A stretch of 63,726 nt of DNA, the filler included, from Reticulomyxa filosa (lineage: Eukaryota; Protista; Foraminifera): assembly GCA_000512085.1 (NCBI GenBank). It is 20 parts of 20 records of this genome, joined end to end, with 100 filler letters (N's around TTAATTAATTAA, not from the genome) between each part and the next. Parts side by side here need not be neighbours in the genome. Positions count along the whole stretch, not along the records: positions 10,707 to 18,274 come from ASPP01009292.1; positions 18,375 to 21,827 come from ASPP01012005.1; positions 21,928 to 23,978 come from ASPP01000731.1; positions 24,079 to 29,253 come from ASPP01000963.1; 16 more parts are not named here. The stretch is one strand, 5' to 3'. Position numbers and translations under genes: made by a program. Shown piece after piece: positions 12,631-24,643 of the stretch. The notes below the pieces were generated by a model that saw only the letters and a list, made by a program, of their open reading frames with translations, did no database searches and was not told where the DNA came from. How positions within the stretch are numbered: the stretch's first letter is position 1; each line of letters begins with the position of its first letter.

Positions 12631-13201
12631 TCACAAAAATTGATCAGGATTTGCTTGGCATTTGTTGAACATGCTGTAGTAGTTTTGGCATGAGGCGATA
12701 TCGCTGCTGTTCTTGTCCATGCACATTTGAAATTGTGTCCACAACTTTGAGCATGGGTGTTCGTCTGAACTGCTGTTGTTGCTGCTGTCATACATTACAT
12801 TGTCGTTCTGTTTGTTGTCCGAACTTCCACCAGCCAATGAGTGCGCTGCAGCGTGCCCAATGCCACTAGTTGTATTTTTGGTTTGATTCATAATGTGATT
12901 GTTCGTTTAAGGGAAAAAAAAAAAAAAATTTTTTTTTTTCCTTAAATGTTACTTACCTTCCGAGACCAAAAGCTGCTCCAGTTGCCATAGCAGATCCCAA
13001 TCCTCCAAACATTCCACCGCTTTGCACAGGTTGTGCAGTGGCTGCGGGTTGAGTAGGTTGTGTTTTTTGTGGCAAAGGTTGAGGTTGTTGGGGTTTCTTT
13101 GTGGCTGTTTCAGTTGAAGAGCGTCGCTTTTGTGTTGATGCTGGGCTTCTTCTGCGGCTGTTGCTTCTTCCACTGCTTCCACCACCACTTCGTCGAGGCA
13201 T
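12631..13201 (-). CDS. CHCHD2/CHCHD10/Mix17-family mitochondrial intermembrane-space CHCH protein
   Basis: MPRRS..., central hydrophobic GGLGSAMATGAAFGLGSGIGHAAAH, twin CX9C (CSKLWTQFQMC and CQNYYSMFNKC). Intron at 12956-12866 (GTAAGT..CTAG). Confidence 0.93.
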
Positions 13202-13971
13202 TTTCTTATTTTCTTGATATAATTTTCAAACAACAACTAAAAAAGTGAATAAACTTTTCGTGGCTCAAAGGCAGTTCAATTTTTAAAAACGTATACGTCG
13301 GTCTCTAGGGTTTTTTGTTTTTGTTTTAAATATGTCTGTTATTGAAATTATAATCAAATATTGTACAAGAATACGCAAAGAAAACGATTAATGTACATAC
13401 CAAAAAAATTTTTACAAGAAATTTCTAGAAATTACAGGAGTAACAAAATTCAAACATTCATTAAAGCTTTGTTGAATAATGCAAACTCGCAAAGTTAATG
13501 TAATGTAATTAAATAAAATTTAAAAGTTACATTTAAACAATTGTATGTCACATTTATGAAATAGTTTATTAATTTAAATTAAAATTCGAATATTTTGTAA
13601 AACTTTGGAGTGTTTCCAGATGAAATTTTGCACTTGTATTGTGCAACACCTACTTTCAAAAAGCAAATAAGACGATAATATGACACTAGTTCCAGATCAT
13701 AATAATATTTAACTTACTTTTATTTTCATTTAACTTATTAGTTTTTACCTCGTAGCTAGTACTGATATAGACATTTTTGACGTACCACTAATTTTTTAGG
13801 TCAATAACTTACATAACAGAGAAAATGATTACAGTAGCTAGAGATTAAACTGTTAACAATAAAGGCAAATAGCAGAGAAACAATTTAGTATTAGCGGAAT
13901 ATAATTAAATAATTCGGTTTTTGTAAAGTCGACCCCATTTCTTCAATTATAAAATTTGCTGACTAAACAAA

Positions 13972-15373
13972 ATGACAACGCCTTCACGACGTAAGAAGCA
14001 AGATACCGCCGATTCTGTGTCAACTCCTTCTCTACAAATCCTGAAGCATCCTCCTCTGGACTCAGAAACGGATGGCGAAGTTAAGACAAGAAAAACGTGG
14101 GAACGACAGTATCACAAGCCATTGTGGGCGTTATTAGCAATAGTATTGTGTGTGATGATGTGGTATGTAATATTGAAACGAGGACAATTACGAAAAGAAG
14201 AAAGTGTTAAAGCAAAGAAATTGTTGGTAGTACCTTCACGAATGGAAAAAGAAAACAATGATATGAAAGTATTGGAAACATCAAAAGAAAAGATTCGAAT
14301 GGTAATAACATTAGCAACAGGAGTGAAAAGTGATCGAATATATTTATTAATGGCATCATTTCGAAAGCATCATCCAGATGTGAATAAATATAAAATGTAT
14401 TTATTTACAGAGCAAAATCCCAAAGAATTATTTGAAGAATATAAACGATTAAGTGATCATTTTGGGATAAATTTGGTGGATATTGGTCCAATTGAAAATA
14501 AATTAAATAATATTTATTTGAGTCAATTTGAAAAGAAAATACAATTTGTAAAACTTAATAAGAGAAGATTTTTTATTTTTGATTATTGGTTATCTCAAAT
14601 GGTTAATGAAACAATTAATAGTGATACAATTGATGCTATATTTGTTACAGATGCAAATGATGTTAAATTTCAAGTTAAAATATATAAATATATAAATATA
14701 TAAATATATAAATTTATATAATTTTTTATTTTAATAAAATAAAAAAAAATAAAAAAATTAGGGAAATATTTTTGAACTTGTGGATAAAACATTTATAAAA
14801 AATCCTCATTTAAATCGAATCGAAGATGAAATATTTTGGTTTTTTATGGAATCATCAAATATAAAAATGGATAATGAAAAATGGAATATTCGATATATAA
14901 AATATTGTTTTGGTAATGAAACAGTAAAATTAAAATATCATGATAAACCAGTATCTTGTAGTGGTACTTCATTAGCTACATTTAATGCAATAAAATGGTA
15001 TTTTCATACAATGGTAGATATTATTACTACACAAGGAAAACAAACAGATTTATTTCCAGAATGTTTAATTAAACCTGGAGATCAAGGTATTCATAATACT
15101 ATTTTACATGATCATTTATTAGAAATAAAATATTCTAATATTTTTACTATTCAAGTACCTAATGATGCTGGTTGGGTATTACAAATTACAACTATGATTA
15201 ATAATGATCTTTATAAGCATCGTGTAGTTCAAATGGCAAATGATGCTGCTGTTGTTCATCAATGGAAATGGGCACATACTTTAGCACAAAAATATATTCA
15301 AGAAGAATATAATTATGTTAGTTTTTGTGTTTCTATGAATTGGAATAATTGTCAATCTGTTTCTGTGGATTGA
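13972..15373 (+). CDS. Type II membrane GT-A-fold glycosyltransferase-like protein
   Basis: Single N-terminal TM (LWALLAIVLCVMMWYVIL); acidic DxD-like IFVTDANDVKFQGNIF across intron 14674-14761; later SCSGT, GDQGIHN and VVHQW motifs. Confidence 0.75.
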
Positions 15374-15510
15374 TTTTTTTTTTTTATTTTTTAATTGCAA
15401 ATATTTTTAAAAAAAATTGGAGTAAATAAAAAAAAAAAAAAAGGTCCCAAGTCTTTCCAAAAAAAATTTTCTTTTTCAAAAAACCAAAAAAAAAAAAAAA
15501 AACAACCAAT

Positions 15511-15959
15511 ATGTCAAGCGAATACCGACCTTCTTATCGTGACTTAACCAAAAGATACATGCATTTAAGGGATTCCTTTCGACCAGTTGGTATCCCAATG
15601 AATGAAGACAACCAAAGTCACAACCAAAACCAGAAATTATTGCCATTATCAGTACATGAATCGTCAAGTCATGAATCTCAAGGAGAAGGATTACATTCGT
15701 TACCACCAGTATGGGTTGAAACATTAGAAGCAATTGATTATGATTTGCAAAAAATTGAACAACAAATAAATTTACTTCAAACATATCATTCAAAACGATT
15801 ACGAATAAGTTTTGATGAAACAAAAGAACAAGATGCCCAAATTCAAGAAACGACTCGATCAATAACATCATTATTTCGGGATGTACAAATAAAATTAAAA
15901 AAGGTAGCATTAATGGGTAATGAAAATGAATCAAATATAAATGAAGATGATGATGAAGA

Positions 15960-15990
<31 letters not shown>

Positions 15991-16520
15991 TACCTTATCA
16001 AGAAAGAATTGTTCGTGTAAATGTAATGCGTTCACGTGCAATGAAAGTTCAAGAATTAACTAAAACATTTCGACATGCACAAAGAGATTTTTTAGAAAAA
16101 TTAAGTAAACAAGAATCTCGTGGTAATCGATTAATTGATGAAGATATTAATTCTACTTTACCTTCTTTTGATAGATTAGAACAAGGATTTACACGTGAAC
16201 AATTATTACAATTAGAACAGGTAGAAAGAGATTCTTCACAAAGAACACGTGATATTATTGCTATTGCTAAATCTGTTAATGAATTAGCACAATTATTTAA
16301 CGAATTATCTGTTTTGGTTGTTGAACAAGGATCACTTTTAGATCGAATTGATTATAATGTTGAGCAAACAGTTAATAATATTCGAAGTGCTCAAGATGAA
16401 ATTATTAAAGCTGAAAAGCATCAAAAAGCATCACGAAGTGTTCTTTGTATAATTATTTTGATTTTGTTAATTTTTGTGGGTGTTATTATTTTGATTGTTA
16501 GGAATTTACCATCCAAGTAA
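15511..16520 (+). CDS. STX16: Syntaxin-16 / Tlg2 (Qa-SNARE)
   Basis: N-peptide YRDLTKRY, LPPVWV, Habc helices, SNARE motif (ELAQLFNELSVLVVEQGSLLDRIDYNVE) and C-terminal TM. The two ORFs join through a frameshift in the poly-A run at about 15959-15986. Confidence 0.95.
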
Positions 16521-16598
16521 TAAATAATTTTTGTGCTTTTTTAAATATGTTCACCTTTTTTTTTTTTTTAAATAAAAGGATAAAAAGTTCCTCAAAAA

Positions 16599-18274
16599 AT
16601 GCAACATTATTCTGGTCGACCTAAAGATATTCTTACCTTTTTAGTCTCCTTAGATGATACACTTTTACAAAGCTTATATAAAGATGAATATTGTGTTTTA
16701 GCAGTTTTTCGCTCTTTACGAGGTTTAGCCAAACAATACATAATGAACATAATCAGTTTAGATAATGCTATACCTCAAAGATTTATCGAAAAATGGGTAC
16801 ATTCTACAAATACATCAAGATCACATCATAAAGCAGCAATTCATAAATTACAAGAAATGAGAATATTAATGTATTATAAATCAAATGATAGTTATTCAAT
16901 GAATCCTTTTTTTAGAAAATGTTTATTACAAGTATTAATGGCAGGTTCATCATGTCAACAAATTTTATGTCATTCTGATTCAATTAATACAGTTGTACAA
17001 ATTCCAACAAAAGAAAAATTAGATAAACATGCAAAAGATATGTGGGAACAAATATTAAATACATTATTGGATTCAAAAATTGGTACTTTGAGTGAATTAT
17101 TATCTGAAGTCAATTTAATGTTTAGAAATTTTATTTTATTTTTTTTTATTTATTTAAATTTTAATAATATATAATATATGTGTATATTAAATAATAAAGG
17201 AAAAAACATGATTCTAATAAATATGAAATAACTGGAGAAGGATTTCGTTTTTTATTTCAAGATATTCATTCACAAATTTGGCAAATAATTATTGGTTATT
17301 TACGTGGTTGCAAAGTTAAACAATAATTTAATAAATATTTATATTCACTGTTATAAAAATAATTTATAATATCATATTTAGAATAGAGATTTGCAAGAAG
17401 AAGATGTTTTAAAATTTTTACTTCGACTTTCATTTTTGACACCTGAAAAGGTATATATATGCATATTTATATATGTGTATATGCATATTTTATGAAATGT
17501 GATGTATATAGGGATATTCATGTACCAATCTTACACCAACACAAAGCGTGTTGGCAAGAGTTATTAATCTCTTTTCTTTTCTTTTTTTTTTTAAATTAAA
17601 ATATATAAATAAAATATTAGGATTTGCATTACTTTGGTCTTGTATTCAAGAAGGTAAGTTTATATAAAATAAATAAATATATACATATACATATATAATA
17701 TACTTTTCTTTAAAAAAAAAAAAAAGAAAGAACGATTTTATCCTACACATTTATCAAAACATTTGTCGGTTGGACATTCTTTAACCAAAAAAGAAAGAGA
17801 TTCACGTGGATTTATAATTGTTGAAACTACATTCAAAATCTATGCTTATACAAATAGTGAATTACAAATAGGATTATTAACAAAATTTGCTCGATTAGAA
17901 GTACGTCTTCCAAATATGGTAAGTGGAAAAATAACAAAAAATAGTATAATGGAAGCTATTCAAAAAGGAATTCCTGTGGATATGATTATTGATTATTTAG
18001 AAGAATATGCACATCCATTAATGCGAAATAAATGTCCAGTATTACCAATAAATGTTATGGATCAAATGAGATTATGGGAAAGTGAAACTAAAAGATTACA
18101 TATGCAAGAAGCAGTATTAATATATGGAATACCAAATACAGAAACATTTGAAGAATTAGCTCAAGTGGTAACATCAAGAGTTAAGTATATATATGTATAT
18201 ATAATAATAATAATAATATATATGTATATGTATATGTATATTAGTTGATTGAAAAAAGATCTGAACTTCTTGCA
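16599..18274 (+). CDS. GTF2H4: TFIIH subunit 4 (p52/Tfb2), multi-exon, 3' truncated
   Basis: LY....CVLAVFRSL..LAKQYIM; ITGEGFRFLFQD; DLHYFGLV; RFYPTHL; GFIIVETTFKIYAYTNSELQI; RLPNMVSGKITKNSI; IIDYLEEYAHP; LPINVMDQMRLWE. Confidence 0.95.
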
Positions 18275-18374
18275 NNNNNNNNNNNNNNNNNNNNNNNNNN
18301 NNNNNNNNNNNNNNNNNNTTAATTAATTAANNNNNNNNNNNNNNNNNNNNNNNNNNNNNNNNNNNNNNNNNNNN

Positions 18375-20163
18375 AGGAGGAGGAGGAGGAAGTGGAGGTG
18401 GAGGAAGAAATATGTACGGAATGAGAGAACCGACTGAGTCAAGCTTTTCGGGACCAGGTTTGAGATCGTGGTCAAAATTTGACAATGACGATAATCGGTT
18501 TGGTAATGAGAAGACGAAGAAATTAGAGCAAGAGATGGAGCGACAGTTATTCGAGACGGGCGTGTCACAAGGGATAAACTTTGACATGTACGATAAGATC
18601 CCAGTGGAGTTGAGTGGGAGCAATCCTCCGAAGGCGATATCGTCGTTTAGAGAGGCGAAGTTGCATAAGCAGTTAGAGTACAATGTCGAGCAATGCAAAT
18701 TCGCGAAGCCGACGCCGGTGCAAAAGTACGCAATTCCGTCGATCTTGACAGGAAGAGACATGATGGCATGCGCGCAGACGGGATCGGGGAAAACAGCTGC
18801 GTTCATACTGCCTATCGCTCATCAAATGTTGGAGCGTCGTTCGTCATCGGATAGTGGGAACAATAGGAGACAGTCTTCGTTTCGAAGCAGAGTGTATCCA
18901 CGTGCAATCATTTTGGCGCCGACCAGAGAGCTGGCCATCCAAACCGAAGAGCAGACACGTAAGTTCCTTTGGAAAACGGGCATGACCTCCGTTGTGGTCT
19001 ATGGTGGAGTGCAAACTGGCAAACAGCTGCGAGACTTACGTAATGGCTGCGAAATCATTGTCGCCACTCCTGGACGCTTGCACGACTTTATCATGCGAGG
19101 AGTGGTCTGCTTGGATGCTGTCGAGTTTTGCGTGCTGGATGAAGGTGATCGCATGCTGGATATGGGCTTCATGCCACAGGTGAATGAACTTATCCAAAAA
19201 ATGCCCAAAAAAGGGGAACGCCAAATGCTCATGTTTTCCGCGACGTTCCCTCCGGAAATACAAAAGTTGGCCCAGGAGTTTTTGCAAGATTATCTGTTTC
19301 TGGCCGTCGGACGGGTCGGGTCCACCAACTCGTTCATTCGACAGACTTTGGTCAGGGTCAATGCGAGAAACAAGTTTGAGGAACTCGTCAAACTGCTACA
19401 GGATTGTAAAGGCTTATGCTTGGTGTTTGTTGGCACCAAACGCGATGCTGGATTCGTTGAAAATCAATTAGTTCGTGAGGGACTTGATGCCATCTCCATT
19501 CATGGCGATCGCTCACAGGAAGAGCGTGAACATGCGCTGGCTGTGTTTCGCAATGGCAAGTGCCCCATTCTAGTCGCCACTGATGTTGCTGCTCGTGGCC
19601 TTGATATCCCTAGTGTTATGTGGGTTATCAATTATGATCTACCTAATAACATTGAAGACTACGTACATCGTATTGGACGCACCGGACGATGTGGCAACAG
19701 TGGCAATGCCATTTCTTTTGTCACTGATTCCAATGCCAACATTTTGAAAGACTTAATCCATTTGCTTCAGGAAAATAAACAAGAGATACCCGGTTGGTGC
19801 GAAGAAATGGCGCAAGGTCGTGGTGGTGGCTATTACAGAGGAAGATCCTTTCCGTTTGGTCGTCGGCCTGGTCATGGAGAAAAAGATTTCCGACGCTCGC
19901 AACCCAACTACTCCAACAACTTTGTCTCACAACGATTCAATGAAGGCTATCGTGACAGAGATGCCAAAGACGACGAAGATGACAAAGGTAAACACAGACA
20001 TTGGAATCATGATCCGGAGGGTGATACACAAAATGACAACGGATACTCGCGCTCATCAGGGAATAACCGTCGTGACCATACTGAATCTTTTGGCGGTGGA
20101 AAAGACTCTAGCGAACGTGATCAGCACCAAAACTATAAAACGTTCAAAAAAATAAGAGATTAA
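18375..20163 (+). CDS. DDX3/Ded1/Vasa-subfamily DEAD-box RNA helicase (motif II = DEGD), 5' truncated
   Basis: GINFDMYDKIPVELSG, PTPVQKYAIP, AQTGSGKT, APTRELA, TPGRL, LDEGDRMLDMGF, FSATFP, YLFLAVGRVGST, IHGDRSQ.ERE, TDVAARGLDI, YVHRIGRTGR. Gly-rich N-terminus runs into the spacer. Confidence 0.97.
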
Positions 20164-20751
20164 GCTCTGGGGAAAAAAAAAAAAAAAATTGTGTTTTTAT
20201 TTTCGTGTGAGTCACCACCGTTTTTTATTTCGTGCTTTTATTGTTTTCTCTTTTTTTTAATGCACTTTCTCTACAGTAACCTTGGCTATTCTGGGCCAAA
20301 GTTTATACTCTTTCATTTTTTGCTGTTGTTTGCAAATGCTGAAACAATTCGACTTCTTTTCAAAAAATAATTACTTTTAACAAAATGCTAGACATTTGTT
20401 AAAGAAATTTTTATATAAAACCAAGTAATCCAACGTAAAACACCAATCGATTTTGTAAAATATTATTGAAAAAATAATAAAATGTAAGAATAAAAAACTG
20501 TAAGTAATTGCCATCATATTCAAATCTCTTAATAGTGTGAACTGTTTTTCTGTCTGCGAGCCGAGAGGTTTTAAAATTGTTTAATAAATAGTAGAAAATG
20601 TATCTAAAAAAAGTTTTAAGATAATATTTTCTCCCTACTGACACTACTTTCAGAAAAAAAAAATTAAAACGGAAACTCTCAACAAAAAAAAGGAGAAAAA
20701 ATTATCTTGCGGTCTCAGAAACCAATCGATTCAAATGAAGACCGTTGCACG

Positions 20752-21030
20752 TTACAAAATGGAACAGCACGTAGGACGTAAATCATTGAAGTAATTGCAC
20801 TCTTTGCAACGCCAGGATGTTGCCTTCTCAGGTAAAGGGTATAGCGCACCACATTTAGAGCACGGAGTTTGTTTTGACTTATCCTGTTACATAGAGTGCC
20901 AAACATATTGTAACAAAACCCAGTTTTACAACCGAAAAACAAAACGAATATAAACTTCAGTGTGCGGCTGTTCTCCAGAGTTAGTTTGTTGTGCTAATGG
21001 TTGATAATTCGTTTGTGATTGCTGTTGCAT
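20752..21030 (-). CDS. 68-aa zinc-finger microprotein with CaaX (CCSIL)
   Basis: Exon 1 21030-20956 (MQQQSQTNYQPLAQQTNSGEQPHTE), phase-0 GT..CAG intron 20955-20884, exon 2 20883-20752 (DKSKQTPCSKCGALYPLPEKATSWRCKECNYFNDLRPTCCSIL*). Confidence 0.82.
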
Positions 21031-21459
21031 TTTCCACAAAGAAAATTGTCTAAATTTAACGATTTTTTATTTAAAGTGTGTTGCCTTGCTTTTTCGACGT
21101 TCAACAAAGAATACTGTTGTATATCTTTAAAATGTTTGTAAAGTAAAAATCGAAGTTTTCAAGCGTTTTATCTCTTTGGCTCGTAAAATTGTGGTGCAAT
21201 TTTGATCATACGGCAATATAAATATTGTGTTAAAAAAATTTAATTAATTTTATTATAACCATTTAAACTTTCAAAATTAAAATAAATAAAATCATACAGC
21301 GTATCTTCTTTTGGACAAGGTAAAGTACATGTCACAAATTAATCTAAATTAATTAAATTCAAATTTGGCGCGGTTAACGTTGTAGTGTTAGTTGTTGTGG
21401 GATTGGACTGAAGTTTGGGGGGATAATAAAAAAACAGAATAATAAGAAATAATCAAAGG

Positions 21460-21715
21460 ATGGACCTAACACATGTTGATGATATCAAACTCAATAGTAG
21501 AAAAGAAAATGTTGATCGCTCTAAAGGAGGAGCAGATACAAAGCCATCAGGAGGTTCTCACGGTCCAAACACAATAAAATCTGGGGAGATCTATTCGTAT
21601 GCAGACGACAACACGAAACTGTTACTAATAATGGTGGGATTACCCGCACGTGGCAAAACATTTATTGCAAGAAAAGTGTCTAGTTATTTGTCGTGGCTGG
21701 GAATCCGAACCAAAG
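21460..21715 (+). CDS. 6-phosphofructo-2-kinase (PFK-2/FBPase-2), 5' exon, truncated
   Basis: KLLLIMVGLPARGKTFIARKVSSYLSWLGIRTK is the PFK-2 P-loop signature (MVGLPARGKT...YLxW.G..TKVFN). Confidence 0.92.
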
Positions 21716-21927
21716 TTTCTTTTTTTGTGTGTGTATGCATAATGTGACCATTTGATGTGCATGCACTTTCATGACGAGCATAATTGTCTTGCTCGATTGA
21801 TTCAAAAGGAGTTTGTGTTTTTTGTTTNNNNNNNNNNNNNNNNNNNNNNNNNNNNNNNNNNNNNNNNNNNNTTAATTAATTAANNNNNNNNNNNNNNNNN
21901 NNNNNNNNNNNNNNNNNNNNNNNNNNN

Positions 21928-22296
21928 GATCAAATGACAAAAGTGTTCGTTTGTGGGATATTCGATCTGATGAACAAATTCAAGTGCTCAATGGACATAC
22001 AAATTCTGTATGGTGTGTTGAATATTCACCATTTGTAATAAAGAATAATATTGGTAATTCAAATGTGATATGTTCTGGATCAGATGATAATACAATTCGT
22101 TTTTGGGATATTCGATCAAATAAGAAAGAATTGTATTCAATCGAAAGAAGTGATGAAGAAGATAATGGAATATTATGTCTTAAATTTGTGTCAATTGAAA
22201 AACAAAGTAAATGATAATGAACAAAAATTAAAAGATAATTGTTCTGTTCATTTATATTATGGCTTATGTGATGGTCAAATTCGTGTTTGGGGATGA
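21928..22296 (+). CDS. WD40-repeat protein 3' end (expanded family; frameshifted)
   Basis: DKSVRLWDIRS.EQIQVLNGHTNSVWCVEYSPF...ICSGSDDNTIRFWDIRS; ends GQIRVWG* in a second frame. Confidence 0.88.
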
Positions 22297-22854
22297 ATAT
22301 GTGAATGAAATTTTGTTTTAATTTTCATTTTTTAATTTATTCTATTTATACTTTGGATTGTTGTTTAATTTATTTTTGAATTTTTGTCATTTTAAAAAAG
22401 GTTTATGATATTTTTGTACGCTTTTAATAAGATATGTGAAAAATAATTTGCTTTAAAACTGAATTTTGGTATTTGATACTTTGAGAAGCAAAAAATACGT
22501 ATCAATTAAAAAATGTTCAATATTTTTCAAACATTAACTACAATTACAAATAACAATGATCTAAAAGCAAGCAGTTTCTCAAGATTAAATTGAGACCTGC
22601 TAGTGCTTGTCGTGTTGAAGTAGTTATTCTTTTAGCACTTTTTTAGGATTGAAGTAGATGATGTAAAGGAAAAGATGTTTGATAAGAAGAAAAAAATTTG
22701 TTAAAAATTGAATATATCACATATATTACAAATTACATTACATTGTAAGCATATATCACATGCTCAATAGTTCTAGACTGAAAAATCAACTAAAAATACT
22801 TAATAAATTGAATAGTAAGCAAATACTTTGAAATATGTTGATAGCAATTTATTC

Positions 22855-23000
22855 TTTATTACAAATGATGAATATTCAACACACTATACAGCACTTTTAT
22901 GTCCATTGAATATTTGAATTTGTTCACCAGATCGAATATCCCACAAACGAACACTTTTATCTTCTAATCCAGATAATATTATATTCACTAATTCATTTGA
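22855..23000 (-). pseudogene. WD40 repeat fragment
   Basis: Reverse strand reads ILSGLEDKSVRLWDIRSGEQIQIFNGHKSA...VEYSSFV; isolated and flanked by stops. Confidence 0.75.
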
Positions 23001-23386
23001 TCCGTATTTATTTCTTAAATAGCCGAAATGACCGACATGTCCCCATCAAAACAAAAATGTTCATCCCAAAACTCTACTCCAAAAAAATATGGATTCGGAT
23101 ATAATTTCCTTTCGCTCATAAAATAAAAAAACTCAGTCATACAGAGTTATAAATATAAATAGATTTCTTTTCTTGATCTTCCGAGTTATTATGTTATTCG
23201 TTACAATATCTTTTTGAAAATATACCTTATCAAAAAGAAAAGTTTTTGGAAGTTCACAAAAACAAATACTATTTTTTCAAAAAAACATAAAAATGAAAAA
23301 GTGTTTTAAAAAACCTGTAGTTAACAAAGAACTCTAAAGTTTTTTGTTCAGAATAATTAATAACTAATAATTACAAACTAAAAAAA

Positions 23387-23978
23387 ATGCCTTACAAGGC
23401 TTTTATTTATCTTGAAAAAGAAATGCATAAAGTGACACTTGCTTTCCTGAAATTAAAAAGATTGAAAGAAAAAGTGATAGAGATTATTAATACTAACAGT
23501 AAAGCAAGAGACTATATACTCCATTTTAAAATTGCTGACAATAATGGCCAGTACATTACCAGCAACAGAGAATTAAGAATTGCATTCAAAACGAGACCTG
23601 TTCTTTTTTTCATTCATTTTATTCAAAGTTTTGTTTATCTTTTTTATTTTCAATTATTTATTTATTGACAATAACAACTGACTGATAAAACAGACAACAA
23701 TGACGATGAAAAGAAATATCCAGAAAATGAAAAAAAAGAAAATGAATTCCACAATATCGTGAAATATAAAAGTCTAGATACTGAAATTGATAATGATGTT
23801 TTATGGAATGAAGCAAATAAAAAAGCACATGAAATGGTGAATGAAATGGTTAATAATAAACAACAAGGAATTGTTGTTGTTGCAACAAATATCGATCAAT
23901 TAGCAAAATCGAATCATCAATTACCTCAATATGATGTCCCTTTCTCAATGATGATTAATTCAAATCAATACATGAAAA
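23387..23978 (+). CDS. Hypothetical protein with N-terminal PB1/beta-grasp-like domain (truncated)
   Basis: ATG-initiated exon with a beta-beta-alpha pattern (LKEKVIEII...FKIADNNGQYITSNREL), an intron, then a second exon running into the spacer. Confidence 0.5.
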
Positions 23979-24078
23979 NNNNNNNNNNNNNNNNNNNNNN
24001 NNNNNNNNNNNNNNNNNNNNNNTTAATTAATTAANNNNNNNNNNNNNNNNNNNNNNNNNNNNNNNNNNNNNNNNNNNN

Positions 24079-24643
24079 TTTCTTTTTCTTTTTCTTTTTC
24101 TTTTTTCTTCGTTCGGTCTTTCTCAGAATTTTTTTCTTGTGGTGTGTGATCAATTTTTTCTTTTCGTGTTTCCACGCTTTTGTGTGTTGTTTGTTGTGAT
24201 TCTTCCCTAAGAAGTGTTTCGTCCTGCCACACAATCCCACAACAAATCCCTTCATCAAGTCCAATTTTTTTCTTTCTCCTCCAAAAATTTGTTATTTTTT
24301 TTAAAAAAAATGCGAAATACCGCAAATTGACATCTTTGGATAGTACAATTTGTTTGAAAAGAAGACATCAAGAAGGGGAACATACAAAAGATAAGTGGAG
24401 GGGAAAAAAAAAATGAAAGGGAGATATTAATGCAAAAAATAAAAAAAGGGGTGCGAAATTTTTTTTTAATACTTTGGTGTTGGAACGACTTTTTTTGTCT
24501 TCCATCTCGACATTATCCGAGTCCACGGGCCGTGGTTTTTTGATACTTTTGCGACCAGTGCCATCATCTTCACCTATTTCTCCCTCTTCTGGCGATTCTT
24601 TCTCATTTTCACCTTTTGTGATTGGAGATTTGGACCTTGGCAT
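24079..24643 (-). CDS. Charged Arg/Ser/Lys-rich hypothetical protein, 5' part
   Basis: MPRSKSP...SPEEGEIGED; the EEGEI motif is common in nuclear RNA-processing proteins. Continues through introns to the spacer. Confidence 0.4.

Noticed and set aside
15959-15986. Programmed frameshift in syntaxin-16
   Set aside because: It falls in an approximately 28-nt poly-A run. Homopolymer length error is the simpler cause and similar slips recur across the window.
20715-20942. 75-aa ORF-track call, or a possible ncRNA in this GC-richer patch
   Set aside because: It is better explained by the spliced zinc-finger-CaaX gene in another frame.
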